Program-made: the position numbers and the translations under genes
Notes under the pieces: generated by a model
What the model was told of the DNA's origin: nothing
The model's input: the letters and a program-made list of their open reading frames with translations, nothing else
The model's database searches: none
Shown: positions 12,501 to 25,253 of the stretch, one piece after another
Position numbering within the stretch: position 1 is the first letter of the stretch
How the letters are laid out: every line of letters starts with the position of its first letter
From: Nymphaea colorata
Taxonomy: Eukaryota
Reading direction: 5' to 3'
Assembly (NCBI RefSeq): GCF_008831285.2
Contig: NC_045138.2
Coordinates: 7,688,001 to 7,752,000, forward strand
Length of the DNA: 64,000 bases

Positions 12501-15500
12501 TACTGGTTTGATTTTTAAAGTGCTCATAACTCCACAGTTTAACCTATTTTCACTTCGTAGCTATATGCGCCTAGCCTTGCCTAGACGCCTAGGATAGCCA
12601 TTACTAGGTGACCTGTAAAAATGGTCAGGTTCATCCATGCACCCAACTGCCTTTACCAATGTTATCCGTATCGTACGATACGGACGCGTATCGTACGATA
12701 CGTATCGTCCGTATCATCATTTTCGATACGGTACACCTAATCAATACGATACGCGTATGTATCGTACGCGTATCGCACGTATCGTGCGATACGGTGGGCG
12801 TATCGCACGATACGTGCGATACACCCCCGTATCGCACGATACGGGAGTAAAATTAAAAAAGGGGCCGTCGGGCCCCTTTTTTGCTTCTTATTCTCAAACC
12901 GACGCTCCTCTCTCTCTCTCTTCTTGTTTCTCAACGCTGCCAGAGACGTGGGAGGGAGAGATTTTCTCCATTGCATCAAGATTTGCCGGTGAAGAAGCTT
13001 CATTCCTCGTTGTGGGGAGTCTTGGGACGGTGGGAAGCTTGGAGAAAGAGGGTTTTTTGGTTTTTAACACCAAGAAGGTAAGAAATAACTCATTTTTGCC
13101 GTTGAATCGTTCATTTCTCTTATTTCCTACATTTATTTGTATGTTTTTACTTGTTTTGTAAAGATATAATGTCGGATCCTGCATGGCAGTGGTGTACAAG
13201 GGTGAATCCCAAAAATAGATTAAGAGTTAAGTGCAATTATTGTAAGCAAATCATATCAGGAGGGATTTCTCGCTTTAAACACCATATAGCTGGTACACAC
13301 AGCGATGTGGCTGCCTGCAATGGCTCCCAAGAGATCCCATTGCCAGCGTATGTAAAGCACCAGTGTCAGCAACTTCTTGATGCAGTGAAAGCAAGTAGGA
13401 TTGAAAAGGACATGGAAGATGCGGAGGAAGGATATGGGGACCCACATGAAGGAGAAGAAAGTGAAGGTGAAGATGTTCAACTTGAACAAGAAGATGTTGG
13501 TGTCAGTTTGGAAACAACTAAAGGGAAAGGTATCATGCATGGTGGTGGTTCTTCTGCAACCAGAAAAAGAAGAGGTGCAAGTGTAAGTTCAGTTTCACGA
13601 GGACGTGGCAGAAGTCAGGGTCGTACTGGTGGTGGTAGAGTACCTACTATGAAGTCGAGCAATATGTCTGGTTCGATCAAGAATTTTTTTCCCAATTATA
13701 CTGCTGCTGGTGCTCAGCCTGAGATTCGTATAGCCATGCAATCAAAGGATATTATTGAAGCAGCAGATGAAACCATAGGAAGGTGGTTCTATGATGCATC
13801 CATTCCCTTCAATGCAGCAAACTCTTATCATTATCAGCCTATAGCAGATGCGATTGCTAGTGTAGGGCGAGGATATAAAATGCCCTCTTTTCATAAATTG
13901 CGAGGTAAAATTCTCAACAATATAGTTAGAGATGTGAAGACATATTGTGATGAACTAAAATTGAGCTGGAAAGCTACAGGATGCAGTGTAATGGCAGATG
14001 GGTGGACAGACATCAAGAACAGAACATTGGTAAACTTCCTTGTATATTGCCCTCTTGGTACTATGTTCTTAAAATCTGTTGATTTGTCTGATACTCCTAA
14101 GACTGCTGATGTGTTGTTTGGGATTTTTGATAAAGTTATAGAAGAAGTTGGGCCTGAAAATGTCGTACAATTTATCACTGATAATGCAGCAAATTATAAA
14201 GCTGCAGGTGAAATGTTAGCAGCACGATATGGGACATTTTATTGGAGTCCATGTGCTGCTCACTGTGTAAATCTTATGCTTCAGGATCTTGGTGAAAGGG
14301 ATGATATGAAGTTGACAGTTCACAGATGCCAAGAAATCACGAAGTTTATTTACAATCATGCTTATGTCTTGAATTTGATGAGGAAATTCACAAATGGGGC
14401 TGAATTGATTCGACCTGCACAAACACGGTTTGCTACAAATGTTTTGACTGTGCAGGGTATAGTCAAGCAAAGAACTTCTCTCAGGCAGATGTTTTCAAGT
14501 GATGATTGGGCTGCATATCCACATGCCTATAAAAGAAAGGCTACGACAGTTGTGGATACCATCTTCGATGTTGACTTTTGGGAATCATGTGTGCACTTAT
14601 TGAAGATTTGTGTACCTCTAGTGAAAGTCCTCAGATTAGTTGATAGTGAAGATAGACCTTCTATTGGATATTTATACGAGTCTATGGATAGAGCCAAGGA
14701 GGCCATTAGAGATAATATGAAGGGAAAAAAGAAGTTGTACATGCCTATATGGAAGATTATAGATGAAAGGTGGTCTGGACAACTTCATCGCCCACTTCAT
14801 GCAGCAGCCTACTACCTAAATCCTGCTATTAGATATCTTTCCACTTTTAAGAAGGACAGAGAGGTCGAGTATGGCATGTTGGATTGCATTGATGTGTTAG
14901 TAAGTGACAGTAAAGAACAAGACGCTATCCATATGTCGATCAACAAATATGATACGGCTTCTGGTACCATGGCGAGAGACACAGCAGTTCGATGCAGGAC
15001 AACTATGCGTCCAGGTATTAGAAAAAGAAACTTTATACTTTTAGTTTTTGTTGTTTAACTTTTATTCTACCTTCTCATATATTTATTGCTGACAACATTT
15101 TTACTTTCCATCTGTTATTAGATTTGTGGTGGGAAAGGTTTGGGCCTGATTGCCCAGAATTAAGGAAGCTTGCAATTAGAATCCTCAGTCAAACATGTAG
15201 TGCAACTGGATGTGAAAGAAATTGGAGTGTATTTCAGCACATCCATAGTAAGAAGAGGAATAGGCTGGAACATAAAAGGTTGAATGACCTTGTTTATGTT
15301 CGTTATAATATGAAGTTGAGACAAAGGTAAACATTTGTTTTGTTATACAAGAATATCAAATTCTAATATATATTTTAATCTCTAACAATTTGTTAATTTT
15401 TTCTCTTGTTAGGCAACTAGAAACAACATCTACGAGGAAGCATCACAATCAATATGATCCTATCTTCATTGACCATTTTGATATATTAGATTCTTGGGTT

Positions 15501-18500
15501 GAAGAAGAACCAGCTGCAATACTTGATGAGGACGATCTTGATTTTTTGAATGTTGAAGGAGCAGCAGAGATTGTTGAAGAAGGAGAGGCTGGGGGGGAGC
15601 AATGGAATGTTGGTGACATTCCATTTGCAACAGAGGGGATAGAAGAAGAAGTTAATGAAGGAAGTGAAGATGATGATGAAGAATGAAGATGATGATGCAA
15701 ATGACGATTGACGATGCTTTTTGTTTTGAGTTTTGAAAACTATGTCAATATGTTCTGAGTTTTGACTTCTGAACTTATGAATTGTGATGTAATTGAATAC
15801 TCTTAGGTTGTTTAGTATGTTATTTTGTTTTTTGAATGTTTGATTTCTTATTTTGGAATGTCTTGTTCATATGCATACCTCATACTTCATAGTTCATATA
15901 CATGAATGATGAATGTTCCTTTAAATACATTTTTCTTGAATTTTTCTGATTTTTACTAGTTTTTTCGGATTTTTTTAGATTTTTTCTGATTTTTTTCTAT
16001 TTTTTATAAATTTTTAATATTTTTTACAAATTAAAAAATTAATTTTACGATACGTTACGATACATTTACGCTACGTTACGATACAGCGTATAGGTCGGCC
16101 CGACCGATACACGATACGATACGGCAGTGATAACATTGGCCTTTACCTTCTTTTCTTTTCTTCCTTACTCTCAGGCAGATAATTTTTTTCTTTCTTTTTT
16201 CTTCTTCCTCTTCTTTTGCGATATAAAACAGTTTTTCTTCTTTCTCCTTTTTTCTTATTCAATTTACTGCAGATTTTCTTCTCCTCGTTCTTTATGTTGC
16301 ATACAATTTGCAGTAGATATATTTACTTACATATGTATTTATAATTATAGTCACAGTTGTATACTATCACACTCTGAATATTTCTATCACAGTTATATAC
16401 TATTACACTTTGAATATGTCTATGTATCGATTGATATTTCTAGTACCTTTTTTTCTCGATTAGAATAATAGTGGAAGACACCTTTACAGCAAGCGAAGTT
16501 CACATGGAAGCTTAGATTATGTTGAGGATTTATGTTTTCTATTTTTTAATTAGTTATCGTTGGCTTTGGTTTAAGTTTTTAGATGCTAGTTATTAGAGAT
16601 CTAATAGTTCATTTTCAGGAAATAAGAAAATCTTGCATGCATCAAACTTCAAACTATTGTAAAGCAATGGCTTGAATGTAACTTGTTCTTGTTATGCCAT
16701 ATGACCATTAAAATCTAATTGTTGAACTTTGCTAAAATGCTCTCTCAAACTTTATCATCATGTTGTGAAATATTTAATGTGAGTTCAACTGTACATTTTA
16801 ATAATGTAACAGATTGTCACTTATAAGTATTTTATTAAGAAATGATTCACTATTATTGTTAAGTTTAACAATTAATATTGCATATAATTGGTTTACTTTT
16901 AGTTTTTGAAGACAGCCTAATGCACCCAATCATGCTTAGTCCCACCTAGGCTCTAGGCTTAACTCACCACATATGATGCCCTAGCATCTTTAACAACATA
17001 GATCCATAGAGAAACACCTTTAATCTTCCTTTGTAGAAAGGTTTTTAAGACAAAAACTTGCTTTTTATTTGTTTTATATATTTTCCTTTCCAATAGCGAC
17101 TTATCATTTTAAAAGAGAAATATGGTTTTTCGTCAAATTTATTTAAAATTGCAGACTTTTCTGATGAACAAGTTACATCTTTGGAGATTTGTGGAGTATC
17201 AACAAAGAAAGACAAGGCTTTCCACCAGAAGATTTTATTCACAAATTTCTCACAATAAAAGGACAACCATCCTATTGAAATGTACATCTTATTTGAATCA
17301 ACAACACTGTAATAGGGGGGTCTATGATAGAGAGCACACGTGTTGTACTCATAAAGTTCATGCTAGCTGAAAAAAACTACATATTTGGGCTACTGCACGC
17401 ATAGGAGGACAATAACACAAAATGTGTTAACTTCATTTGTTAGAAAATGTCAAAGTTTCCAGAAAAGAATAGGAATAGAAAGTTGGTATCAATACAGGAT
17501 AGCAACTGGAAGTGAACATTTCAAATGTTTAGATTCTAGGCAGTGAAAAGTGAATTTGGTAATGTCTTGAAATCCTTTAATAAGCAAAAAGCCATGCAAA
17601 ACACTGAAACAATATTCAAGGCTAATCTAACAAAAATGACATGAAAGTAAGTTACACTTATAAGTTATAACCATGAATAGATATTGAGCCCATGTTTGGA
17701 ATCTAAATCATTAATCAACATCGCATTCTGCTTCCTACTTTCTAGGAATCAGCATTCATAGGGACTTCTGACAATTCAGAAGTCAGAACATACCATGTTC
17801 AAACTTCAAAGTCAAACTTACAAGCGAAAATTGAGGAACATGTCATGACCAAATAGAAAACTAAATATGTAACCAAGGAACAAATTCAGAATGTCATTCA
17901 GAATGACTTGACCAGGGATGAGACAAAGTAGCATACCCCATACAATCCTAGTAATAAAATATGCACAAATAATAGAAACACCTTTTGTGCTGTTGATTTC
18001 TCATTGAGCTTCCATACATCTGATTCACTGAAAGTAACCATCTGAATTATCCTAAGAAAAAAGGATCTAGAGAAAACTTATTACTCATCACATCTTTAAG
18101 TCTATAGATTCCACTGCCTATAAATCATCCTGAAGCTTTCAAGAATCTGGAATTCCACATTAAAGAAAAGCAAAGAATGGAAATCACACAATGCAGGTAG
18201 CTAGCTGCCTTTCTTATTCACCTTGTACAACCAAAACCACTAATCTCTTTTACATGGATGATTCATATGAACACAAAAACATTCTATTTACGTTCTTTCC
18301 ACAACATAACATTAAAAACAAAAGAGAAGCGTAGAATTACAATCAAACAATAAAACCACGTCCATTTATTCAGAACGAAAGGGACAACAGAAACCCATGA
18401 TCTCCCAATCGGCAAAAAATTTAAGCATCTAACATACTCATTTCTACAAAACAAAAATTAAGAAAGACTCCGATTAAGAAATCACACGAACAGAAAAAAG

Positions 18501-18946
18501 CCAAGATCTTTTATGTTTCTGAATCCTTACAAGTCAACATTAACCAAGTAAACGCCATTATGTCGGTGATACAAAAGAAACCAACGAACCAGAAATGTCT
18601 AGAACAAAGGAACAGCAAAAGAGAAATCCCTATGGATGAACTCAGAATACCAGAGCCTTGAATTGATCCCCCAATAAAGTATCACAAAAAGCTGAAAACA
18701 TATCATCGTATTGATTATTGGCATTAAGAAACCGTAAGGGGTAAAGAGATCGATCGAAGTCAACCCGTTGCAGGAGCAAAAACATGAGGGAAAGAAGCCA
18801 CTCTAACGCAAACAAAAAGGAAACGTTCAGTGGAGATAGGATCCCCCAGATGAAGAAGAAGGAAGCGAAAGGCTACCAGATCTGCAGAGGGTGCCACTGG
18901 AGTTGCTCAGGAGCTTCAGGCCAGACCGCACCCCATTGAGAGCCAT
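9530..18946 (-). CDS. Small mitochondrial membrane protein, plant cytochrome c oxidase-associated subunit-like (COX-X3/At1g72020-like from recall), 2 exons, 98 aa
   Basis: Exon 1 18946-18877 (MALNGVRSGLKLLSNSSGTLCRS, presequence-like) splices G|gtag...aacag|TG to exon 2 9756-9530 (VTRSVHSTSVKRMAGDHGHG...YMHAKHMYNLDRMKHQKLKM, one TM helix, FQQKKT). Total 297 nt in frame. The family is recognised from the HAKHMYNLDRMK motif. Confidence 0.85.
10966..12008 (+). mobile_element. Non-autonomous hAT-type DNA element, 1043 bp
   Basis: 18-bp TIRs ctatgtaacatgggtact / agtacccatgtgacatag (17/18 match). Perfect 8-bp TSD cttagaaa at 10958-10965 and 12009-12016. An acidic tail resembling a transposase C-terminus (EVGEHDLHDLIMDLTEP...EENQES*) lies near 11653-11754. 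Confidence 0.88.
12667..12843. repeat. Left subterminal repeat array of the hAT element (cgtatcg/cgatacg)
   Basis: Many direct and inverted copies of the CG-rich motif, mirrored at about 16046-16123. Likely transposase-binding sites, as known for Ac/Ds-type elements. Confidence 0.85.
13169..15686 (+). CDS. hAT transposase (BED finger, DUF659-type core, C-terminal dimerisation domain), 3 coding exons, 774 aa
   Basis: Exons 13169-15014, 15122-15326 and 15413-15686 (2325 nt), GT-AG, no stops. BED finger (CNYC...HHIAG...C), SVMADGWTD, FITDNAAN, CAAH, TRFAT, SATGCERNWS and KKRNRL motifs. Probable 5'UTR intron 13078-13163. Confidence 0.93.
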
Positions 18947-21281
18947 CGTCTTCAACCTCTCTCTCTCCCTCTCTCTATTTCTTGGGCTAGGGCAAGAGTG
19001 TTCGTGCTCCTCTTAACAATCTGCAATAGTTCGCGTAGAAGCATCGGTCAACGAAATCGTCGTTGGAAATTTCGTTACTTCGAGGAAAGTCTTTTATCAA
19101 CATGCTGCCACCTAAGGCGCTCCTGTTTTTTCTACCCTAAAATATCGTCAAAGTTTTGCTTAATTCCAAACTCGTTCTCTACCTTGGAGACGTGGCGGAG
19201 ATTCATTTGGCGCAGTGTTTTTTGGGTATTTACCAAGTTCACTTTCCCTGATGGATAGTGGATCGGATATTTGGGATGGATCTTCAGCAACCCGAATTTG
19301 ACTGTCCTGTTCCAACTTCCAAAGGGGTCGGCCGTCGGCGGCCAGAAAGCGAAGCTGGAGCCTGAAAAGGATGTTAAGGAGTTGGATTCGGATAATCTAC
19401 GCACATATGAAATCCGATCAGGTAAATCCATATCCATATCCTGACAGTTTATATTGTCTCGTCGCATCATTTTTTTCTTCTTTTTTAAATGATTTTAAAT
19501 TACTTTCACATTATTTTTTAAACCAAAAAAAAGGTCGAAATGGCTTAATACGTATCGGCAATGTATCGGGTCGCATGCGTATTGAATATTGGACTGCCTG
19601 AATCGGCCGGAATTCGCAGATTCGAATTGAATCGTGGAAAACCGGTTCAATTTGCTCGCTAATTGAAGGGCACCTCGTGTTAACTTGTACCTACTTTTTA
19701 AAACCATTTTTTAAACATTAATTTTTGAAATACTTTAGCCGATTCATTAGGGAATCGGCCGATTCAGTTCCAAATCGAATTTTACAAGATTGCCTTTCAC
19801 CACGTTTGCAATGTGAGGATATTGGGAGTCGATCCATGGTTGAGTTGCAAGAGATCACCACTTGGTGATACAATATCCATACATAGTGATGCCAATAGAT
19901 CTTATTCAAATTGGATGTCTGCTTTGAAAATGTTGAATATGAAAAAGATTTAACATCCGATTAAAAAGTTAGATCAAATTCAGAATTTAAAAAAAATAGT
20001 ATAGGATCATATTTGTATTTGGTTTCAACTAAATATAAGATTGGATGTAAAATTCAGGTTTAGTTTTAAATAAATATCGATCTTGTACATAATATCCATA
20101 TATTTTCAAAGTCGGCTATTAACATATCATAACTTGGTTCGAATTTGGTTGTCTAAAATAATGTATTTGATTCATGATCCCATCTTCACATGAATAGCGT
20201 TTTTTCTGACTTTTTCTATTTTTTCTTCACAAGAAGAGCTTTTTTTTTTTAATTTTTACAATAATTTTTTTTATTTTTTTACAAGGTGGCTCAAGAGTAC
20301 ATTTTTTTACAATGTGCGTAGAAAATAGAAATGAATGCTGTGTTTGTAAAATGCCATAACCATGTGAGGACAGGTGACAATATTTTGTCTTCACAAGAAG
20401 GGAATTTTTAATTTTTTACAATTTTTGCCACAATTTTTTCTTCTAATGTTTTATTAAATGGCGTTTTCTCATACTTTTCCCACTTGTCTTCACATGAAGA
20501 GCATTTTTTAGTTTTTTCCAATTTTTGCCATATTTTTTTTTATTTTTTTTTAACAAGGGAGCTCAATTAGTGTGATGGTGAAATGTCACAACTAAAGATG
20601 TGGAAGCTCAAGCATAGCGGAGGTGGCACTCGAGGCACCAAAAGTATGTCTTGTACTTGAAGGGTATAAGGAGTTGGGTGAAAGTTTCGACCTTTTGTTA
20701 GGCGGTGGAAAACCTGGCTCACTTGAAAATGCTATAATCACTTGATCACGGTGACAACATTTTTTGTTTCAACTTTTTACAAAACAAGTTGTTTATTATG
20801 GCATTTCACTTGCAATGACGAAATGTCAATGCCACCTGACGGCGGCATATGACAACTTTTGCCGTGGTTATGACATTCCACTGTTGTAGGTAGAACGTTG
20901 AAACACTAAAGTTTCCCGACACTTTGTTTGTATTCCAGTCAAGATCGGAGGAAATGTAGTGTGTGGTTCATGTTCGGGTGTCGAACACACATCTTTTCTT
21001 GCCCCTGACCATGGAAAGAAACTTTCCATTTCCCCATTTCTTCAAATTCTTGAAGGTGTTTCATCGTTCAGCAATGGCGGAGACACATATGAGAAGGTGC
21101 AGGCGGTTGTTCACGCAAGCCTCATAAAAAATAATCTTTATTTTCATATCAGTGCTTCGAAATATTTGCTCATATTTATATATAGTGGTGGCCTTTATAG
21201 AGTGGAACACATCCATTGACCAGAGTTCCAGAAGAACGCTGCTTGACATACTCATTAAGTAAGAAACTCATATAGTAGAAT

Positions 21282-22036
21282 TTACATGCAGTCTAAGCTG
21301 AGGCCAGGTCCCCCGCTGTACAAGAACTGGCCATATTTGTTCATGAAGTCTTCACCAATGTAAACTAAACTGTAGCACTCAGGCCTGTCTTCTACAATGG
21401 CGGCATCCGGAAGCCTCTTGAACTTGCGATCGCCATTGACGTACTGAATGTGGCTGATCAAGCAGGACCGGCCGTAGCCCTCGTCGGCGAAGCGGCCGCT
21501 GCCCATCTGAGTAAGGGTGTGATAGCCTCCAGGCACAGTGTTGTAGATCTGTCCTCCGTAGAGAGTTGTATTGGCCCAAAAATTCAAGTAGCCAAACAAG
21601 GAACTGGGCCAGTAGCCGACTAGCTCACCGTTAACTTGGAGCCACCAATCGTCTCTAAAATCCTGCATGGACGAAGCAATATTTAGCTGGTTTACTTTTA
21701 AGGCATCTAAATTTTAGCCTCTGATCAAAGGCATGGATAAACTAAGCAGTTAACATACACTGTGAATCTGGCATTTAACAGCTTTGGAGTTCCTGAAATG
21801 TTAGACTTCCACATCGAGAGAGAGAGATTCATTTTGGTGTGTCTTTGTGCCGTATAGCCCAAAATACAGTCATTTCACAAAATCCAATGGTATATATAAG
21901 TTGAACACCAGCTTTTGTTAAAATTAATTAGGATATTCATTCACACTTTTAAGAGTAGAATAATTAGTTTGTAATTCATCAAGTTTTAATGCGTTGATGA
22001 GCTTAAAAGGTCTCGTTTTTGTTCCTGACCTAGTGG

Positions 22037-22067
<31 letters not shown>

Positions 22068-25000
22068 AAGCAGAACCTTCAAATTAGTTGCCAAAAAGAT
22101 ATTTTAAACAAAATATAAATATCCTAATATATTTATAAAAACTATTTTGATGTAACATGCTTTGATTGAAGTTTTTTTTTTTAAATAACTTTTGATGCAC
22201 AAAGAAAGCCCATTATTTTAATTTCATGATTTCATCTTGGGTATTCATTAATCTATGTTAAGGCAAGAACAGAAAGATGTAAAATAAGGCATAAGCTGAT
22301 TACCTTGTACAATTGGATGCTTAAAAAGGTTTGATATCCATCAAAGGTGGAATTGGGTAATCTTCCACCAAGGGCAACATTGGGGTTCAATTGAATGAAG
22401 CCTTCACACCTCATGTCAAAGCACTGTCTAGTGTTTGCACCCTGGCAATAGAGAGAGAGAGAGAGAGAGGTAAAAAAGGGGAAGTTCAGAGAGAGAGAGA
22501 GAGAGATAGCTTTTAGTGACATTTCCTATGAAAACAAGTTTAATGTAATTTTCTATAAAAATAACTACAGTGAAATTTTTATTTTATCTTGTGATTCCTA
22601 AATTTTCAAAATAAGTTTTACATTTTGCTTCAATAAGTCCTCCAAACTGCAAATTTTAAAACAAGCCAGCGATCAAGCTAAAATTTTCTGGCAAAAGGGC
22701 ATTAATATATACTTTACATTTTAGACCTTTAAGGCACCAACATCATGTAAAGAAGAAAGACTATGACACACCAATCTATACATAAATAAACAATTTCCCT
22801 GGAACTGTGTAGGCAATTGACCACACAGGTCAACAACACCTGCCTCAGCCACTGAAACGAAACCTAGGGGGATTACCTCTGAGGGAGGGATTTACATGTA
22901 AGCAAAGGAAGGTGCGAACAACCAGAACTTGTGATGTCTTGGTTTTTCACCTTAAACAAATGAACGGGTGCTTGAGATCTGAGGTGATACAAGATTTTGG
23001 GTTCTTAGAAGTTAGATCTCATGTTTTCAGATCCACAATGTCCTTAACAAGAACAACTATTGCACCTTTTGTTTGAAAGTTGCATGATTTTGAAATCCTT
23101 GGACTATTACTCCATGGATCTTACATCTGTCAGATACATGGATATATGTGAGGAGGATGAAAAATCTCAAGATTTATGTAATTTATCAGGTCTATAGTTT
23201 GCTAGAATCATGGTTTCTACAAGGTATGTTTCAGGTTTAATCAAAACCCCATATTATCGATTTGGAACATCAAAGACCCCCTACAAGGTATTATATTTTT
23301 ATCATTAATTTGATTTTTATATCATTACTACACACACACAGATGGTTTAGTTTAAAATACATGTTTTGGTAGTGTTCAAAGCTTTTCACAAAATTGAAAT
23401 TATATATGCATGGGTATATAGTAGTTGTTGTAATAATATTTTAGTTAGATGGATTTGGATCCACTAAAATTCTTTTACTCATCATCTTTGGAAAACATAG
23501 TAATTAAAAGTTGAATCATAATGCAAAATATGGCTACACGGTTACATAAAAAATGAAGGGAAAAATCACAGGATCGTATTGGTGGAAAACAAAAATATTG
23601 AAGAGGAGTAACCCTTAGGTCATTTATTGGTTCGAAATTTTTCTTTGTATCTTTCCAATTTTATCGGATGCTCGCTCGAAAGAAAAAATAGTCAAACTTC
23701 ACTGGAAAATAACTATAAAATCAAATTTCTGCTTTTTTCTTACCTTTATCTTAATTGGTTTCTATTGTGTGTGTGTAATTTCAGGAGGAAAGGTAGAGAG
23801 AGAGAGAGAGAGAGGGAGAGAGGGAGAGAGAGATGATGCATGCTCACACTCCAATAAGTAAAAAGTCTTGTTTCGAAATCACCATATAAGCTGTCGTAAA
23901 CCTGCAGAAACAGAAACTCAGTTATATTAGTGGACATATAATGCAAGAGACCTCTCCGTTGGATATACCTTATTCTTATAATGTCAGGGAACTTCTTTTC
24001 TCAATTTCTTCATATTCGCCACTTTTTCTCTCTTTTTGTTATCTCGACATGTCCTACATTTTCTAAAATTTAAGAAACACTACCTGGTATGGCAACAGTA
24101 TCTTTCTTAGTTTTTCCTTTATCAAAACCAAATCTTTCCACCTTCCGTTTAAACATGGCCACCTTTTTCTAATAAAATTGAGAAAGCTCAAAATGGCATC
24201 CGGATTTAGCATAAAAACTGGTTTCCAGGAATCAAAGTTTCCAATTTTCCACTAGTTGGCACTTTTCTTTAGCTTAAAAAAAATTTCATTATATATATAT
24301 ATATATATATATATATAATGAAAGAGAAAGAGAGAGAGAGAGAGACTACGTACAATCCATCCTGCTGCAATATATTCATGGATTTGGCCGCCGTCTCCAC
24401 TTGCAACAGAAACCATATTGCAGCTGAACTCTCCAGGAAGAACCATTGGATTCCAGACGCTGATGTCTGCGCTTGCACCAAATACCCCATAATCTTCATC
24501 AAATTTTCCCTCCACCGCAGCAAACTGCACCCACACAGGAAAACTTTCTCTCCAGAATATCGAACAGTTTAAAAAATCTGGATCAGAAATTATTCTTACC
24601 TCATGAACGGGACCAGAAGAACTAAATGTTATTTGATCATTTGAACTGACAAAGAGACGCTCAATTGTTCTTCTTTCATCAAGCACTCGACTTCTAACAA
24701 TGGGTATCGTCCCCTTGGGACATCTCCCTTTCTTGTGCCATGCCTGTTTGAACTGCCTTCTGGGTCGACTTCCTTCCTCCATCTCCCTTTCTGGCAAGGT
24801 CATTGGTCTCATCTGTACAAATATCATCATATTGATCAGGAAGCATGGCTGCCCACTATATATATATATATATAGATAATGTGTAAGCATTGAGAATAAT
24901 AACATACAAAAGGGAACCTGGATCTCGTGGTTCATAAGCGAAGGATGGAAGAGAGATGGTTGTTCATAGATGCAGATGCAGTCGATCACATCCCCATCTC

Positions 25001-25253
25001 CGCTCTGCACGGGCACATGCAATAACGACGGAAATCTGTTAAGGGAAGAGGATGCCGATGATGGCCATGATTGCCGATGATGATGGTGTTAAGGTTGATG
25101 ATGACAGACCTGGATGGTTTTGACCGGGGTGCTCTCCCTGCGCATGCCATGCCTTCCTTTGCTTGGCCTCGTGATCATTCCGTGCACTTCTCTTTGGCAT
25201 AAACACAAAATGGCAAGGATGAGAACACATGCCTGCATGAAGCCTCTTCCCAT
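21282..25253 (-). CDS. Neprosin-domain (DUF239 plus activation peptide DUF4409) secreted protein, 7 exons, 395 aa
   Basis: Exons 25253-25110, 25004-24918, 24812-24600, 24524-24354, 23901-23848, 22441-22304 and 21662-21282 (1188 nt), all phase-0 GT-AG. Signal peptide plus VKTIQSGDGDVIDC, QPSLFHPSL, CPKGTIPI, GASADISVWNP, TRLFTYW, CEGFIQ, WWLQV...VGYWPSSLF, HTLTQMGSGRF and YSGGPG motifs. Confidence 0.92.

Larger units (their letters stand above)
12657..16138 (+). mobile_element. Full-length, probably autonomous hAT DNA transposon, 3482 bp
   Basis: Perfect 10-bp TIRs caatgttatc / gataacattg. Perfect 8-bp TSD gcctttac at 12649-12656 and 16139-16146. Subterminal cgtatcg/cgatacg arrays at both ends and an intact transposase inside. 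Confidence 0.96.
12561..17001. mobile_element. Possible older decayed hAT-like element interrupted by the intact hAT
   Basis: gcctag/cctagg subterminal-like motifs at 12567-12592 and 16944-16984, ending in ...taacaacatag at 17001. No matching TSD found and the left boundary is uncertain. Confidence 0.4.

Noticed and set aside
12667..12843. Repeat array superficially like a CRISPR or iteron array
   Set aside because: Irregular 7-bp motifs with no unique spacers, in a eukaryotic context, and explained as hAT subterminal repeats.
12855..12882. Hairpin plus T-run resembling a rho-independent terminator
   Set aside because: This is plant nuclear DNA with spliceosomal introns and no sign of a bacterial insert, so it is not annotated as a terminator.
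12608..13199. Several overlapping 66-174 aa ORFs on both strands
   Set aside because: They arise from the stop-poor cgtatcg subterminal array. None splices in frame to the transposase, because the phase-compatible frame has a stop just before the 13078 donor.
18980..19330. Site II (TGGGCY) cluster expected upstream of a respiratory-chain gene
   Set aside because: Only one tgggct was seen (about 18983), which is not enough to call a regulatory element.
24252..25022. 256-aa ORF as a single exon
   Set aside because: It reads through short phase-0 introns containing (TA)n and (CT)n tracts. The true exons are listed in the neprosin model.
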